Part shown: in pieces, positions 10,086 to 20,324 of the stretch
How positions within the stretch are numbered: position 1 is the stretch's first letter
Layout of the letters: each line of letters opens with the position of its first letter
Assembly: GCA_964624045.1 (NCBI GenBank)
Contig: CAZUXC010000001.1
Span: forward strand, 24,662 to 88,661
Source of the DNA: an uncultured Methanospirillum sp.
GTDB lineage: Archaea; Halobacteriota; Methanomicrobia; Methanomicrobiales; Methanospirillaceae
DNA length: 64,000 nucleotides
Direction of reading: 5' to 3'
The notes under the pieces: model-generated
Told to the model about the DNA's origin: nothing
Databases searched by the model: none
What the model saw: only the letters and a program-made list of their open reading frames with translations
Program-made: the position numbers and the translations under genes

Positions 10086-11240
10086 GTGAATACTGAGTCC
10101 GATTACCGGAAACTAGAATCCGAATATATTATGCCTGCATTCAGCAGGGAGATTATGATAACCAGAGGATCCGGATGCACTGTCACTGATGCTGACGGGA
10201 AGCAGTACCTGGATCTTGTAGCAGGGATTGCTGTCTGCAGTACCGGTCACTGCCACCCAAAGGTGGTAAAAGCTATTTCAAATCAGGCAGAAAGCCTGAT
10301 TCACTGTTCAAATCTTTATTACGTCCCCCATCAGGGAGAACTAGCCAAAAAACTTGTTGAAATATCAGGGTTTCCCGGAAAAGCGAAAGCCTTTTTTTCC
10401 AACTCGGGAGCTGAAGCTATGGAAGCAGCCCTCAAACTCGCCCGTGTAAGAACCGGGAAGAAGGAGGTAGTTGCATGTGAAGGAGGATTTCATGGAAGGA
10501 CAATGGGGTCTTTAGCCTGTACCCACAAACCTGCGATTCGGGATCCCTTTATGCCCCTCCAACCTTTCAGCAAGTTCGTTCCTTTCGGCGATATTGAAGC
10601 AATAAAAGCCGCTATCACTTCAGATACTGCAGCAGTCATACTGGAACCGGTACAGGGAGAGGGAGGGGTGATCACCCCGCCAGTCGGATATCTGAAAAAG
10701 GTAAGAGAAGTGTGTGACGAGAACGATGTTCTCTTAATCCTAGATGAAATTCAGACCGGCATGGGCCGCACAGGCAAATGGTTCGCATACCAGCAGGAAG
10801 GAGTAATCCCCGATATTGTTACAATTGCAAAAGGAATTGCAAGTGGATTTCCCATGGGTGCAATTATTGCACGAGAGGGGCTTGAATTCGGGAAGTCTGA
10901 ACATGGTAGTACATTTGCCGGGGGCCCTGTCGCTTGTGCCGTGGCTCTTGCTACAATCGAGGTTATCGAGGAATGTCTTCCTGATGTGAAAGGAAAGGGA
11001 GAAAGATTCAGAGCAGCTCTCGCTGATCTGCACCCCCGGGTGAACGGTCTTATGATTGGCATCTCCATCGGAGACAACTGTGGAACTATCCAGAAAGAAT
11101 GTGCAGCTCAGGGACTTCTGGTCAATTGTGCAGCAAATGGGAATCTCCGGCTGGTCCCGCCACTGACCATCACCAATGCCGAGATTGATCAGGCAACAGA
11201 GATTATCAATGCAACAGTCAGAAAATTCGCGAATTCGTGA
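10086..11240 (+). CDS. argD: Acetylornithine aminotransferase (class III PLP)
   Basis: YLDLVAGIAV, FSNSGAEAMEAALKLAR, FHGRTMG, EPVQGEGG, DEIQTGMGRTG, AKGIASGFP, HGSTFAG. GTG start. Confidence 0.93.
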   Translation: MNTESDYRKLESEYIMPAFSREIMITRGSGCTVTDADGKQYLDLVAGIAVCSTGHCHPKVVKAISNQAESLIHCSNLYYVPHQGELAKKLVEISGFPGKAKAFFSNSGAEAMEAALKLARVRTGKKEVVACEGGFHGRTMGSLACTHKPAIRDPFMPLQPFSKFVPFGDIEAIKAAITSDTAAVILEPVQGEGGVITPPVGYLKKVREVCDENDVLLILDEIQTGMGRTGKWFAYQQEGVIPDIVTIAKGIASGFPMGAIIAREGLEFGKSEHGSTFAGGPVACAVALATIEVIEECLPDVKGKGERFRAALADLHPRVNGLMIGISIGDNCGTIQKECAAQGLLVNCAANGNLRLVPPLTITNAEIDQATEIINATVRKFANS

Positions 11241-12288
11241 CCTCTACCGCCAGGAGGGATATGTATACGCCAGGTCACCGGAGGAGATTGCCAGAACCTA
11301 TGGGCTCACCCGGATTGCACGACTGGCCAGTAATGAGAACCCCTTTGGTCCGTCAGATCTTGCGATAGCAGAGGTGAAGAAAACCTTATCCAACATTCAC
11401 CGGTACCCGGGAACAGAAACAGAAGCTCTCAGGGGGGCTCTCATCAACCATCACGGAGAGTTCGATTTCGTTACGGGTGTTGGGATGGACGGGGTGATTG
11501 AAACCTGTATCAGGGTTCTCGTTAATCCTGGTGAGAAGGTTGCAGTATCCGTCCCTACGTTCTCCTTCTATGGACTTGCATCTCAGGCACAGGGAGCTGA
11601 AGTCATCAGGATACCACGAAGAGATGATTTCTCGGTTGACATAGATACATTCATCAGAGAAGCAAAGGGAGCGAAGATATCTTTCCTCTGCAGTCCGAAT
11701 AATCCAACCGGAACGGTAACTCCAATAGATGAGGTCGAGATGATAGCCGAATCGCTTGAAGGAATGCTATTTTTAGACAACGCATACGTGGAGTTTTCTG
11801 ATGTCGACTACCGTCCCCTGATGAAAAAATATGATAATCTGATCATCGGTAGAACGATGTCCAAGGTTTTTGGTCTTGCCGGTTGCCGAATCGGGTATGC
11901 ATTTGTCCCGTCATGGCTGAAATCAGTATATGAGAAGGCCGCAACCCCTTTCACAGTCAATAATCTATCCGCAGCGGCGGCCATGGGGGCTTTGGCAGAT
12001 GAACCTTATATTCATCGAACCATCCAGCACGTTCGAACCTGGATCCAAAGATTCCATGAGGAGTGCAGTATGCCCGTACTTCCCGGGGGAGCGAACTTTG
12101 TGATGATCGATACCGCACCTATGACCGGAGATGATTGCGCGGCAGCTCTTGCAGAGAAAGGAGTCATTGTGAGATCCTGCAGGTCTTTCCCTGGCCTTGC
12201 AGATCATTATATCAGAGTCTGTGTTGGAGAAGACTGGGAATGTGAACTATTTCTCACTGCAATCAACCAATTATGTTCATCGCATTAA
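11209..12288 (+). CDS. hisC: Histidinol-phosphate aminotransferase
   Basis: LASNENPFG, RYP, GVGMDGVI, CSPNNPTG, LDNAYVEF, RTMSKVFGLAGCRIGY. Start uncertain (11176 or 11209). Confidence 0.92.
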   Translation: MQQSENSRIRDLYRQEGYVYARSPEEIARTYGLTRIARLASNENPFGPSDLAIAEVKKTLSNIHRYPGTETEALRGALINHHGEFDFVTGVGMDGVIETCIRVLVNPGEKVAVSVPTFSFYGLASQAQGAEVIRIPRRDDFSVDIDTFIREAKGAKISFLCSPNNPTGTVTPIDEVEMIAESLEGMLFLDNAYVEFSDVDYRPLMKKYDNLIIGRTMSKVFGLAGCRIGYAFVPSWLKSVYEKAATPFTVNNLSAAAAMGALADEPYIHRTIQHVRTWIQRFHEECSMPVLPGGANFVMIDTAPMTGDDCAAALAEKGVIVRSCRSFPGLADHYIRVCVGEDWECELFLTAINQLCSSH

Positions 12289-12785
12289 CCGGAACTCCAG
12301 GTACGGGAAAATCCACCGTTGCTGATGAACTTCAGAAAAGAGGGCATCCCATTGTCCGGGTCGTTGACACAATCGGCCCGTATATTACCCAAAAAGATGA
12401 GAGTCGTGATGCCAGAATTGTTGATGTCGATCAATGGGCATCTGATTTCCCTATCCACGAAGGGATTGTTGAAGGACACCTCTCTCATTTTCTATCTGCA
12501 GAACAGATCATTGTCCTTCGCTGTCGGCCGGATATCCTGAAAAACCGGTTAACTATCCGGGGATATCATGAGGAGAAAGTCAGGGAGAATGTTGAGGCGG
12601 AGATGCTTGATGTACTGCTGATTGAAGCACTGGATGAGCATACCCCTGAGCAGATATATGAGATAGATGTAACCGATATGACAGTTTCAGAGGTGGCAGA
12701 TATGGTAGAAGCAATCATAACCGGCGATATTGCTCCATCACATGGTACGGTGGACTGGCTCTCACTCTGTGCGGATGTATTATGA
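12273..12785 (+). CDS. Adenylate kinase, AK6/Fap7 family
   Basis: IALTGTPGTGKST, VEGHLSH, LRCRPDILKNRL..RGY..EKVRENVEAE. Confidence 0.9.
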   Translation: MFIALTGTPGTGKSTVADELQKRGHPIVRVVDTIGPYITQKDESRDARIVDVDQWASDFPIHEGIVEGHLSHFLSAEQIIVLRCRPDILKNRLTIRGYHEEKVRENVEAEMLDVLLIEALDEHTPEQIYEIDVTDMTVSEVADMVEAIITGDIAPSHGTVDWLSLCADVL

Positions 12786-13378
12786 CCCTTGATTCATATC
12801 GTAATCAGGTAAAACCAATCATTGATCCTGTAGTATCAGCATCAGTCAGGGTAGGTCTCACCCCAAACATGTGCACGGTATTTTCTCTGATTGTTGCAGC
12901 AGGGGGAGGGTATGCGTTCCTGCGTGGAGATATTCTCCTTGGAACCTTTGGTGTGATTCTCAACGCTTTTTTTGATGCCCTGGACGGGGCAATCGCACGG
13001 ACCCTAAACCAACAGGGAGTGAGGGGAGATTTTTTGGATCATACTGTTGATCGATATGCCGATATTTTCATGCTTTGTGGAATATTTGCCGGACCTCTCT
13101 GCTCTTGGTGGATTGGAGTCTTTGGTCTTACCGGCGTTCTCATGTCGTCATACCTCGGCACCCAGGCTCAGGCGGTCGGAGTTGGCAGGTTTTACGGGGG
13201 ATTGCTCGGTCGGGCTGACCGAATGATGCTCCTGATCTGTGTCGGCATCGCCAGCCTTTTTTTTCAAAGTAGTGTGTTAGGACTCTCTCTTTTCGCCTGG
13301 CTTCTCCTCATTTTTGGAGTCTTCGGTCATATCACTGCTGCCCAGCGGTTCGCTCATGTCTGGCGGACCCTCCCCTGA
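12782..13378 (+). CDS. CDP-alcohol phosphatidyltransferase (archaetidylinositol-phosphate synthase-like)
   Basis: DALDGAIAR..GDFLDHTVDRYAD catalytic motif; SSYLGTQAQAVG; GLLGRADR. Confidence 0.9.
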   Translation: MTLDSYRNQVKPIIDPVVSASVRVGLTPNMCTVFSLIVAAGGGYAFLRGDILLGTFGVILNAFFDALDGAIARTLNQQGVRGDFLDHTVDRYADIFMLCGIFAGPLCSWWIGVFGLTGVLMSSYLGTQAQAVGVGRFYGGLLGRADRMMLLICVGIASLFFQSSVLGLSLFAWLLLIFGVFGHITAAQRFAHVWRTLP

Positions 13379-13384
13379 TATTTT

Positions 13385-13394
13385 AAAAAAAAAA
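13385..13394 (-). terminator. Oligo-T archaeal terminator candidate for the PKD gene
   Basis: A10 on + (T10 on -) immediately after the PKD stop, between convergent genes; TTTT on + at 13381-13384 may serve the opposite gene. Confidence 0.55.
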
Positions 13395-15956
13395 TCACAG
13401 ACCAGGAGTTACGAGCATACCTGGCTCTGCCATATATACCCAGAATCCTTCTCTGGGATCAATCATTCGTTCTCCAGAATTGCCATGTTCAATTGGTTCT
13501 TCAAACTTCTGGGTCAATGGATCATATCTGAGAATATATGACCAGCGTATGTCCCCCGGAAATGCAGCATCAGGTGCTGATGGGGCAATACCAGGGAAAC
13601 TTACAAGATTCCATCCTTTTGCCAGAGTCCGGGTAAGATTCCCTTCAGGATTTTTTAATGCCACAGGAAGGCTTACCGAGACAGGTTTATCAGAGTATAT
13701 CCAGACTGCAGCCAGGGGATCCAGAGGAGAATCCTTGGTAAGCCTGGTCCACTGTCCGGCTGCACTATTCCACGTAAAGAGAGAGTGAGTTGCAGTACCC
13801 ACATCCGCAAAGATGTTCACCGTATCCTGACCCGGCTCCAGGCTTACCGGTACTGAAACTAAATTCCATCCAGCAGTTAGCGTGAGATTCATGTAATTTT
13901 GGGGGATTGCAACGATATATCCTGGTTTTGTTATATCTTCACAGCCTGACTGATCACATGTATGAAACACAGGAGAATAGATGCCAGCGGTTTCAAAGCA
14001 GTGAAAAGGGTTTGGTTCTACCGTTGACTGTCCATCACCATAATCAATTGACCATTGATAAGGGGAACCGGTCATCTTAAAAGACGTACACAAGGGAGTT
14101 ACCCCACGATTTGGAAGACCATTCAGATCATATTTCACCACTTCGGGTTTCAGGACATGAATATCATGATATACTGTATTGTGACAGTCCCCTTCTCCCC
14201 AGACACTGAGTGATGCGTTAAAGACTCCCGGTTGAGCATACTGGTGATCCATCCTGGCGCTGGTTCCGGTAACCCCATCTCCAAAGTCCCAGAATCGTTT
14301 TGACTCATATCCGATAGTAGTATCAGTAAACGTGATCGTTACCGGCGCATCCCCAGATCCTGGATTCGTGGAAAAAGATGGTTGAGGAACGGCATATGCT
14401 GTTATCATGTCGGGTTTGGTAATATTTTCTTCATGATCCGTATACTCATTAATCAGAGTCACCGAATAAGTTCCGGGGAACTGGAAACAGTGGAAAGGGT
14501 TTTTGTCTTCACTTTTTTCCCCATCACCAAAGTCCCACTCCCTGCTCTTTGGAATGCTGGGTGATTGTTCACTGAACTGAACACAGTGGGGAGCACATCC
14601 TGATACCGGAGTTGCGGAAAAATCGAGAGGTTTTTTCGGCTTTACCGTAACGGTAGTTGCAGCTTTGGTAGTACAGCCACAGGTTCCAAGTACTGAGAGA
14701 GTAACATTGTAATCTCCTGGCTCCTCATACCGGTGTATAGGGGCTGCACTGTCTGATGAGGTCATATCACCAAAGTCCCAGATGTATTGCAGTCCTTCAC
14801 CTGCATCCGTCCTGAACTTGATTGTCGCATCATCGTCACCAGTGTCAGCAATGATACGAGGTTGCTGAACGGTGATATAATCCTGTTTTATAATATCATT
14901 GCAAAGGCCATTATAACAGGCATGAAGACCTGCATCATAACTCCCGGCGATTCCATAACAATGCATACCGTGTTCATCCGGAGATGTGATGTTGTCCCCA
15001 AACATCCACAACCATGAAAGAGGCCGGTTTATCATGTCAAACTCTACACATAGAGGAGCAATCCCTGCCCGGGGAGAAGCATTAAAATCAGGAGTGAATT
15101 TTGATCTGGCCTGTATGTAATCAGATTTTGTTATCGTATAACTTGCCCCGTCGATAGAATACGTAAGAGTGACTGTATAATTTCCAGGCTGGGTAAAATA
15201 ATGCCCGGGATCCTTTTCATATGAGGTGGTCCCGTCACCAAAATCCCAGGAGTATGTTTCAGCAGGGCCCACCACTACAAATTTCGTTGATAGAGGGGCG
15301 ACTCCTTCGGTTTTTTCCGCGTTGAACGTGACTTCCTCACCCGGTGAAACTTCAATATAATTATATTTAGATATTTTATCACATGACCCATCGATACAAT
15401 AGGTCAGGGTAGGACTATAGAGGCCGGATAGTTCATATTGATGACGTGGATTAAACTCAGTGCTGTCCCCGCCATCGCCAAAGTCCCAGTAAATATTTGT
15501 CGGAGCCCCGATAATCGAGAATTGAGCAGTAAGAGGAGCAGTCCCGTTAGATGGTTCGGCTTTATAATCGACAAAGGTCATCAGATCCTTCACTTTGATG
15601 AAGTTTTCTTTACTGACTTCTCCCGATATCTGTCCGACAAAATATTTCATTTTGACCCAGTATGATCCTTTCTTCTGATAACAGTGAACCGGGTTTCGGG
15701 AATTCGAAGTGCTACCATCACCAAAATCCCAAAAATAATCACCAAGCGGACCTTCCACGGTGAATTTCACACATAACGGAGGATATCCTTCCATCGGTGA
15801 TGCAGTAAAATCCACAGCCCATTCTGCCGTCATGGTTCCATTCTCATACTGAACCATCACTGAGGAATTATTTGCTGACAGGTCGGCGAAGACCGGTAAT
15901 GATACGACACAGAGTGACAGAATTAGAGTGCTGACGCAATACCTGAACAAACCCAT
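13395..15956 (-). CDS. Secreted PKD-repeat cell-surface protein (8 PKD domains plus C-terminal GWNL-repeat domain)
   Basis: Signal peptide (MGLFRYCVSTLILSLCVVSLPVFA); eight W-D/M-F/Y-G-D repeats with P-x-H/G-x-Y-x-V strands; two LxxGWNLVSxP repeats at the C-terminus. Confidence 0.88.
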   Translation of the reverse strand: MGLFRYCVSTLILSLCVVSLPVFADLSANNSSVMVQYENGTMTAEWAVDFTASPMEGYPPLCVKFTVEGPLGDYFWDFGDGSTSNSRNPVHCYQKKGSYWVKMKYFVGQISGEVSKENFIKVKDLMTFVDYKAEPSNGTAPLTAQFSIIGAPTNIYWDFGDGGDSTEFNPRHQYELSGLYSPTLTYCIDGSCDKISKYNYIEVSPGEEVTFNAEKTEGVAPLSTKFVVVGPAETYSWDFGDGTTSYEKDPGHYFTQPGNYTVTLTYSIDGASYTITKSDYIQARSKFTPDFNASPRAGIAPLCVEFDMINRPLSWLWMFGDNITSPDEHGMHCYGIAGSYDAGLHACYNGLCNDIIKQDYITVQQPRIIADTGDDDATIKFRTDAGEGLQYIWDFGDMTSSDSAAPIHRYEEPGDYNVTLSVLGTCGCTTKAATTVTVKPKKPLDFSATPVSGCAPHCVQFSEQSPSIPKSREWDFGDGEKSEDKNPFHCFQFPGTYSVTLINEYTDHEENITKPDMITAYAVPQPSFSTNPGSGDAPVTITFTDTTIGYESKRFWDFGDGVTGTSARMDHQYAQPGVFNASLSVWGEGDCHNTVYHDIHVLKPEVVKYDLNGLPNRGVTPLCTSFKMTGSPYQWSIDYGDGQSTVEPNPFHCFETAGIYSPVFHTCDQSGCEDITKPGYIVAIPQNYMNLTLTAGWNLVSVPVSLEPGQDTVNIFADVGTATHSLFTWNSAAGQWTRLTKDSPLDPLAAVWIYSDKPVSVSLPVALKNPEGNLTRTLAKGWNLVSFPGIAPSAPDAAFPGDIRWSYILRYDPLTQKFEEPIEHGNSGERMIDPREGFWVYMAEPGMLVTPGL

Positions 15957-16069
15957 ATTTTCCCTCTCCCATCGTGATCCTGACATATATCCCAGATTAT
16001 ATCAGGGGGAGATCAGAAAAATATGAGGGAAAATGTGCAGATAAATGGTAGATTCATGATCAGAATCTC

Positions 16070-17071
16070 TTAAAACCAACTATCAAGAGTTCTCTGCTTC
16101 CCTTTTCCAGATATCTTCTCCAGTATAGGCGTTATCCGATCTTCTGAAAACCCATATTCCCCACAAAGAAAGGAGATAATGCCATCAGAATCGAGGGGTT
16201 TCCATTCCAGTGAGTACTGTTCAGATACCGGAGGATTGAGAAAGAAATCCCGGATTGGATCAGGATCCAGATCAGGTAATTTTGTTGATAATACGGTATC
16301 AAATTCCCCGGCCTTCACTTTTTTCAGAGCGGTTTTCGCACCAACACCCGCAGCCCCTTCATTAAAATCGGTCCCAACAAGGATCGCTATATCAATCAGT
16401 TGTTCCCGACTCACCCCAAGCCCATCGAGAACATCCTGCAAGGAAACAGATTCTGGTTCAACGGTAACCATACGCCCATGAAGACGCCGTTTTCCCGATA
16501 CCGTTAGGTTTCTGATCAAAAGAGGCGCTCCAAAAAGAAGTGTATCATAATCCTGTGAAGCGACGTACCGGGCAGATCCGATGGATACCATATGGGAAGC
16601 TTCAGCCTCACCCTCTGATGAAGCATCGATAACCGGAACTCCAAGAAGGGCCAACAATTCACGGGCAGAGGAGAGTGTTGCCTCATCTAGTTTGGATGAC
16701 GCCATTGCATATTTGAATGCTCCAGCCTGGTCACCATCTCTTTTTGCCTGATCCCATTTTTCCTGTGCCTTCTCCCGGATGACACGACGCTCATTGACGG
16801 TACGTTCTTTGAGATCTGGAGATTTTCCATCAAATACCCACACCGGTTGTATCCCTTGCTGAAGGAAGTTGCCAGTCCGAAAGAAGATACCTGACAGGTG
16901 GGAAGTTACTCTGCCCTCCTTATCCATCAGCGGAGTTCCATCAGGCTGGCGAATGATTGAGAGGAACTGATACAAAGCATTGAATGCATCTAACGCAGCA
17001 ACACCGGAGAGATTTTGAGAATCTGCCGGGTGTTTATAGGGAGCGATGATATCACGCAGGGCTACTCCCAT
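16070..17071 (-). CDS. fen: Flap endonuclease 1
   Basis: [56 protein letters not shown] box QRTLDSWF. Confidence 0.97.
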   Translation of the reverse strand: MGVALRDIIAPYKHPADSQNLSGVAALDAFNALYQFLSIIRQPDGTPLMDKEGRVTSHLSGIFFRTGNFLQQGIQPVWVFDGKSPDLKERTVNERRVIREKAQEKWDQAKRDGDQAGAFKYAMASSKLDEATLSSARELLALLGVPVIDASSEGEAEASHMVSIGSARYVASQDYDTLLFGAPLLIRNLTVSGKRRLHGRMVTVEPESVSLQDVLDGLGVSREQLIDIAILVGTDFNEGAAGVGAKTALKKVKAGEFDTVLSTKLPDLDPDPIRDFFLNPPVSEQYSLEWKPLDSDGIISFLCGEYGFSEDRITPILEKISGKGKQRTLDSWF

Positions 17072-17328
17072 GATTCAATCACCCCTAAAAAAACCGATTT
17101 GTAATAATGATAAACTGAAATCATAATGAATGCTCATATGGATCAGGATGCTGAAAGGTATCAGAATGTACACTCTATAGGTTTTCCCTGAGATTTAGGA
17201 TTTTCCAGAGAACACGTGCGCGATTGAAACCGAAGCAGAGGATGGAAAAAAACATGTCAAAAGGGATTGAGAGGCAAGACAGGAAGGAGATATGATTATG
17301 TACTCATCCGATTCTCCCTCTTAGGCAC

Positions 17329-18315
17329 ATGAGTCCGTTACCAGATATCCAATCAGCGAAGACTTCCTTTCCAGATGGAGGGAAGATAAATTCAATATTA
17401 GCACTTCTTGCGATGCCCATCATGCTTCTCCTCGTAGAGATTGGAGGAGTTATCCTGGCTGTACCCATGATCCAATCCGGTTATGCCGTCTTTGAAGATC
17501 CTTCATCAATGGAAAACCCGGTATGGTTCGTAGCAATGCTTCTCGGCTTTACCATAATTCTCCTCATATTAATGAAATACCGCCTGAAGAGAGTGATACA
17601 ACTAGTCATTTGGGCTTCTCTCTTCCTCTCATTCATTTATGTCTTCTCCGGACTGCTCACTCTTGCCGGGGCAGACGTGCTGGTCATAACTGTCGGGGGA
17701 TTGATCCTTTCAGTTGCTGCTACGGTTTTGCTCGCCCGATATCCGGAATGGTATGTAGTAGACGTACTGGGCGTTCTTCTTTCAGCGGGAATCGCTTCAA
17801 TATTCGGGATATCCATTGAGCCGGTTCCCGTCGTGGCACTTTTAGTTCTCCTCGCAGTGTATGATGCCATATCCGTATACCGGACAAAACACATGCTTAC
17901 CCTTGCAGAAGGGATAATCGAAAACCGCATGCCGATCATGGTTGTGGTTCCCAAACGTAGAGGATACTCATTCATCAGAGATGGTGTTGGAGCATCAGTA
18001 TCTGATTCAGGACCTGATATCCAAAGTCAGGAGACAAAACCATCCGAAGAAAAAACAGAGAGATCGGCATACCTGATGGGACTAGGGGATCTGATCATGC
18101 CAGCTATCCTCGTTGTTTCAGCAGCAGTATTTCTGCCAGGAAAAGGAGTGCTGGCATTTTCTTTGCCAGCAATAACGACGATAATCGGTTCAATGATCGG
18201 GATGGCTGTTCTTTTATCGTTCGTCTCGACGGGGAGGCCGCAGGCCGGTCTCCCTCCACTTAATGGAGGGGCGATCATAGGATTCCTCATCGGTTGGTTC
18301 CTGATCGGGATCTGA
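17329..18315 (+). CDS. Presenilin-family intramembrane aspartyl protease (PSH)
   Basis: Multi-TM; LAVYDAISVY..KHM (YD), MGLGDL (GxGD), PQAGLPPLN (PAL-like). Confidence 0.92.
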   Translation: MSPLPDIQSAKTSFPDGGKINSILALLAMPIMLLLVEIGGVILAVPMIQSGYAVFEDPSSMENPVWFVAMLLGFTIILLILMKYRLKRVIQLVIWASLFLSFIYVFSGLLTLAGADVLVITVGGLILSVAATVLLARYPEWYVVDVLGVLLSAGIASIFGISIEPVPVVALLVLLAVYDAISVYRTKHMLTLAEGIIENRMPIMVVVPKRRGYSFIRDGVGASVSDSGPDIQSQETKPSEEKTERSAYLMGLGDLIMPAILVVSAAVFLPGKGVLAFSLPAITTIIGSMIGMAVLLSFVSTGRPQAGLPPLNGGAIIGFLIGWFLIGI

Positions 18316-19281
18316 ATATCCCTGCCTGCCTGGATGGTGGGCTGCTCCGTACGCAGGTTTTTCTGCCATGAGCAGTGCCAGGGTCTCTTCAACCCCTTCA
18401 CCTGAGGCCGTTGACATAGAGGGATACCCTTCCAGAGTCTTAACATCCGATTTGTTCACGACGACAAACACCGGAACATGAACCATGGATTTCACTTCAT
18501 CAAGAAGGCGCATCTGATCATCAAGAGGAAACCCACAATAAGTACTGGGATCAAGGATGTAGAGGATTACATCTGCAGTATTTATTATTGCAGAAATTGC
18601 CTGCTTTTCAATAGCATTCCGCTCTTCTGCCGGACGGTCGAGGAGACCAGGGGTGTCAATCAGCTGGATCTTTTCACGTCGTTCATAACGGTGTCCGATG
18701 ATCACCCCTTTTGTGGTAAACGGGTACGAAGCAATCTCAGGTTCTGCCGATGACACTCTTCTGATAAAAGAGGACTTACCGACATTCGGGAACCCGGCAA
18801 CAACTATCGTAAAAACATCCTCAATGACCGGAAGTTTTCGCATGACATTCCTAACCTCATTGAGAAAGATGAGTTGATCGTCGATCTGGTGAACAACCGA
18901 TGCTATTCGTGCTACCGCTTTTTTCCGTGATGAGGTTGCGTCATCGTCACTGGAGTAGCGCACATCCTTGGCAAGACCCCCCCGGTGGTCTTTTGACCAT
19001 CGGGCTGCCCATCCGACAGCGCCAAGCGCTTTTCGAAGTCGATCAATCCCCCAGATGACCTCAAACAGATCCTGGTAAAACTGGGGTAGGTTATCCATCT
19101 CAGGAAAACCCTGAATGACTGACACCAGTTTATCATGAACAGAGAGATAGACCGCCCGTACAAATTCTTCAGACGCTCTCTTCTTCTGTTTCTTCTCACG
19201 CATCTTTGCCGCGGCACGCCGGAGTGCCCGGTCAAGAACTTCGTCTGCCGTGGGTACTGTGGGTATTCGCTCGAAATTCAT
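18214..19281 (-). CDS. NOG1-family GTPase
   Basis: FERIPTVPTADE, GFPNVGKSS, YPFTTK, DTPGLLDR, NKSD. Start refined to ATG 19281. Confidence 0.92.
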   Translation of the reverse strand: MNFERIPTVPTADEVLDRALRRAAAKMREKKQKKRASEEFVRAVYLSVHDKLVSVIQGFPEMDNLPQFYQDLFEVIWGIDRLRKALGAVGWAARWSKDHRGGLAKDVRYSSDDDATSSRKKAVARIASVVHQIDDQLIFLNEVRNVMRKLPVIEDVFTIVVAGFPNVGKSSFIRRVSSAEPEIASYPFTTKGVIIGHRYERREKIQLIDTPGLLDRPAEERNAIEKQAISAIINTADVILYILDPSTYCGFPLDDQMRLLDEVKSMVHVPVFVVVNKSDVKTLEGYPSMSTASGEGVEETLALLMAEKPAYGAAHHPGRQGYSDPDQEPTDEESYDRPSIKWRETGLRPPRRDER

Positions 19282-19413
19282 TGATTGAGGAGTATTTTTT
19301 CTATCCATAACGGGCTCTATTCTTAGTGGGATTAGTAGGGGTGCTGACGGGATAATTATTTACAACTTCGTCAACCTCATTACCCTCTCCGCGAAACAAT
19401 ATGATCGATCATT

Positions 19414-20292
19414 ATGGATCTATCTCTCATCCAGAACGATATCCTCATCACCCTCATCAGTCTCTATGAGAAGAAGTCGATACCGATCAAAGGGGAGGAG
19501 ATCGCCGATATCATACGACGAAACCCGGGAACGGTACGAAATCAGATGCAGGCTCTGAAAGCAATCGGCCTTGTGGATGGCATTCCCGGTCCGAAAGGGG
19601 GGTACCATCCGACAACTATTGCATACAAAGAGTTGAATCTGAAACGGGACGGGGAGATGTATGAGGTAAAGATCTCCCGCGACAGTGAGGTAATCCCCGG
19701 AGTCAAGGTTGCGGAGATTATTTTTACCACCCTTTCTCACGCAGACATCTGCCATGCAGAAATCAGGGTCATCGGAAGTGTGAAACTCTTCAATATTGGA
19801 GACGTCATCACCATCGGCCCGACCCCGATGAACAAACTGATGATCAAAGGAGAAATATTTGGCAAAGATGAAAATGAACCGGCCCTCATCGTTTCTATCC
19901 TGGAGATGGTATCTCTTCCCAAGAAACCGATACGCAATTACATGACCTCCCCCATCAAGATGCTTTCCACACGGTCCACCCTGATGGATGCAATTCATCT
20001 CTTTAACAAATACCGGATTCACGGGGCACCAGTAATGGAGGGGAGTTTTCTGATGGGGATCATCACGATGACTGATATTCTCGTAGCAATAGAAGAGAAG
20101 ATGAGTCTTGAAGCCCCCGTCAGTGAGGTGATGACAGAAGATGTAGTCCAGGCTGATGCATCAGTTCAGTTGTATGAGGTGATCCGTAAATACAAGGAGA
20201 AGCAGATCGGCAGACTCGTTGTTGTCGAAGATGGGAAACCTATCGGAATTTTAACCCAGTCAGATATCTTCCGGGTCATTCCGACCCATTAA
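19414..20292 (+). CDS. HTH-CBS domain putative transcriptional regulator (COG2524-like)
   Basis: IKGEEIA..I.RNPGTVRNQMQALKAIGLVDGIPGPKGGY wHTH, then a CBS pair (HGAPV; IGRLVVVEDGKPIGILTQSDI). Confidence 0.85.
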   Translation: MDLSLIQNDILITLISLYEKKSIPIKGEEIADIIRRNPGTVRNQMQALKAIGLVDGIPGPKGGYHPTTIAYKELNLKRDGEMYEVKISRDSEVIPGVKVAEIIFTTLSHADICHAEIRVIGSVKLFNIGDVITIGPTPMNKLMIKGEIFGKDENEPALIVSILEMVSLPKKPIRNYMTSPIKMLSTRSTLMDAIHLFNKYRIHGAPVMEGSFLMGIITMTDILVAIEEKMSLEAPVSEVMTEDVVQADASVQLYEVIRKYKEKQIGRLVVVEDGKPIGILTQSDIFRVIPTH

Positions 20293-20324
20293 TCGTACCA
20301 ATCCCGGATGTCCGAAATGAGGGA

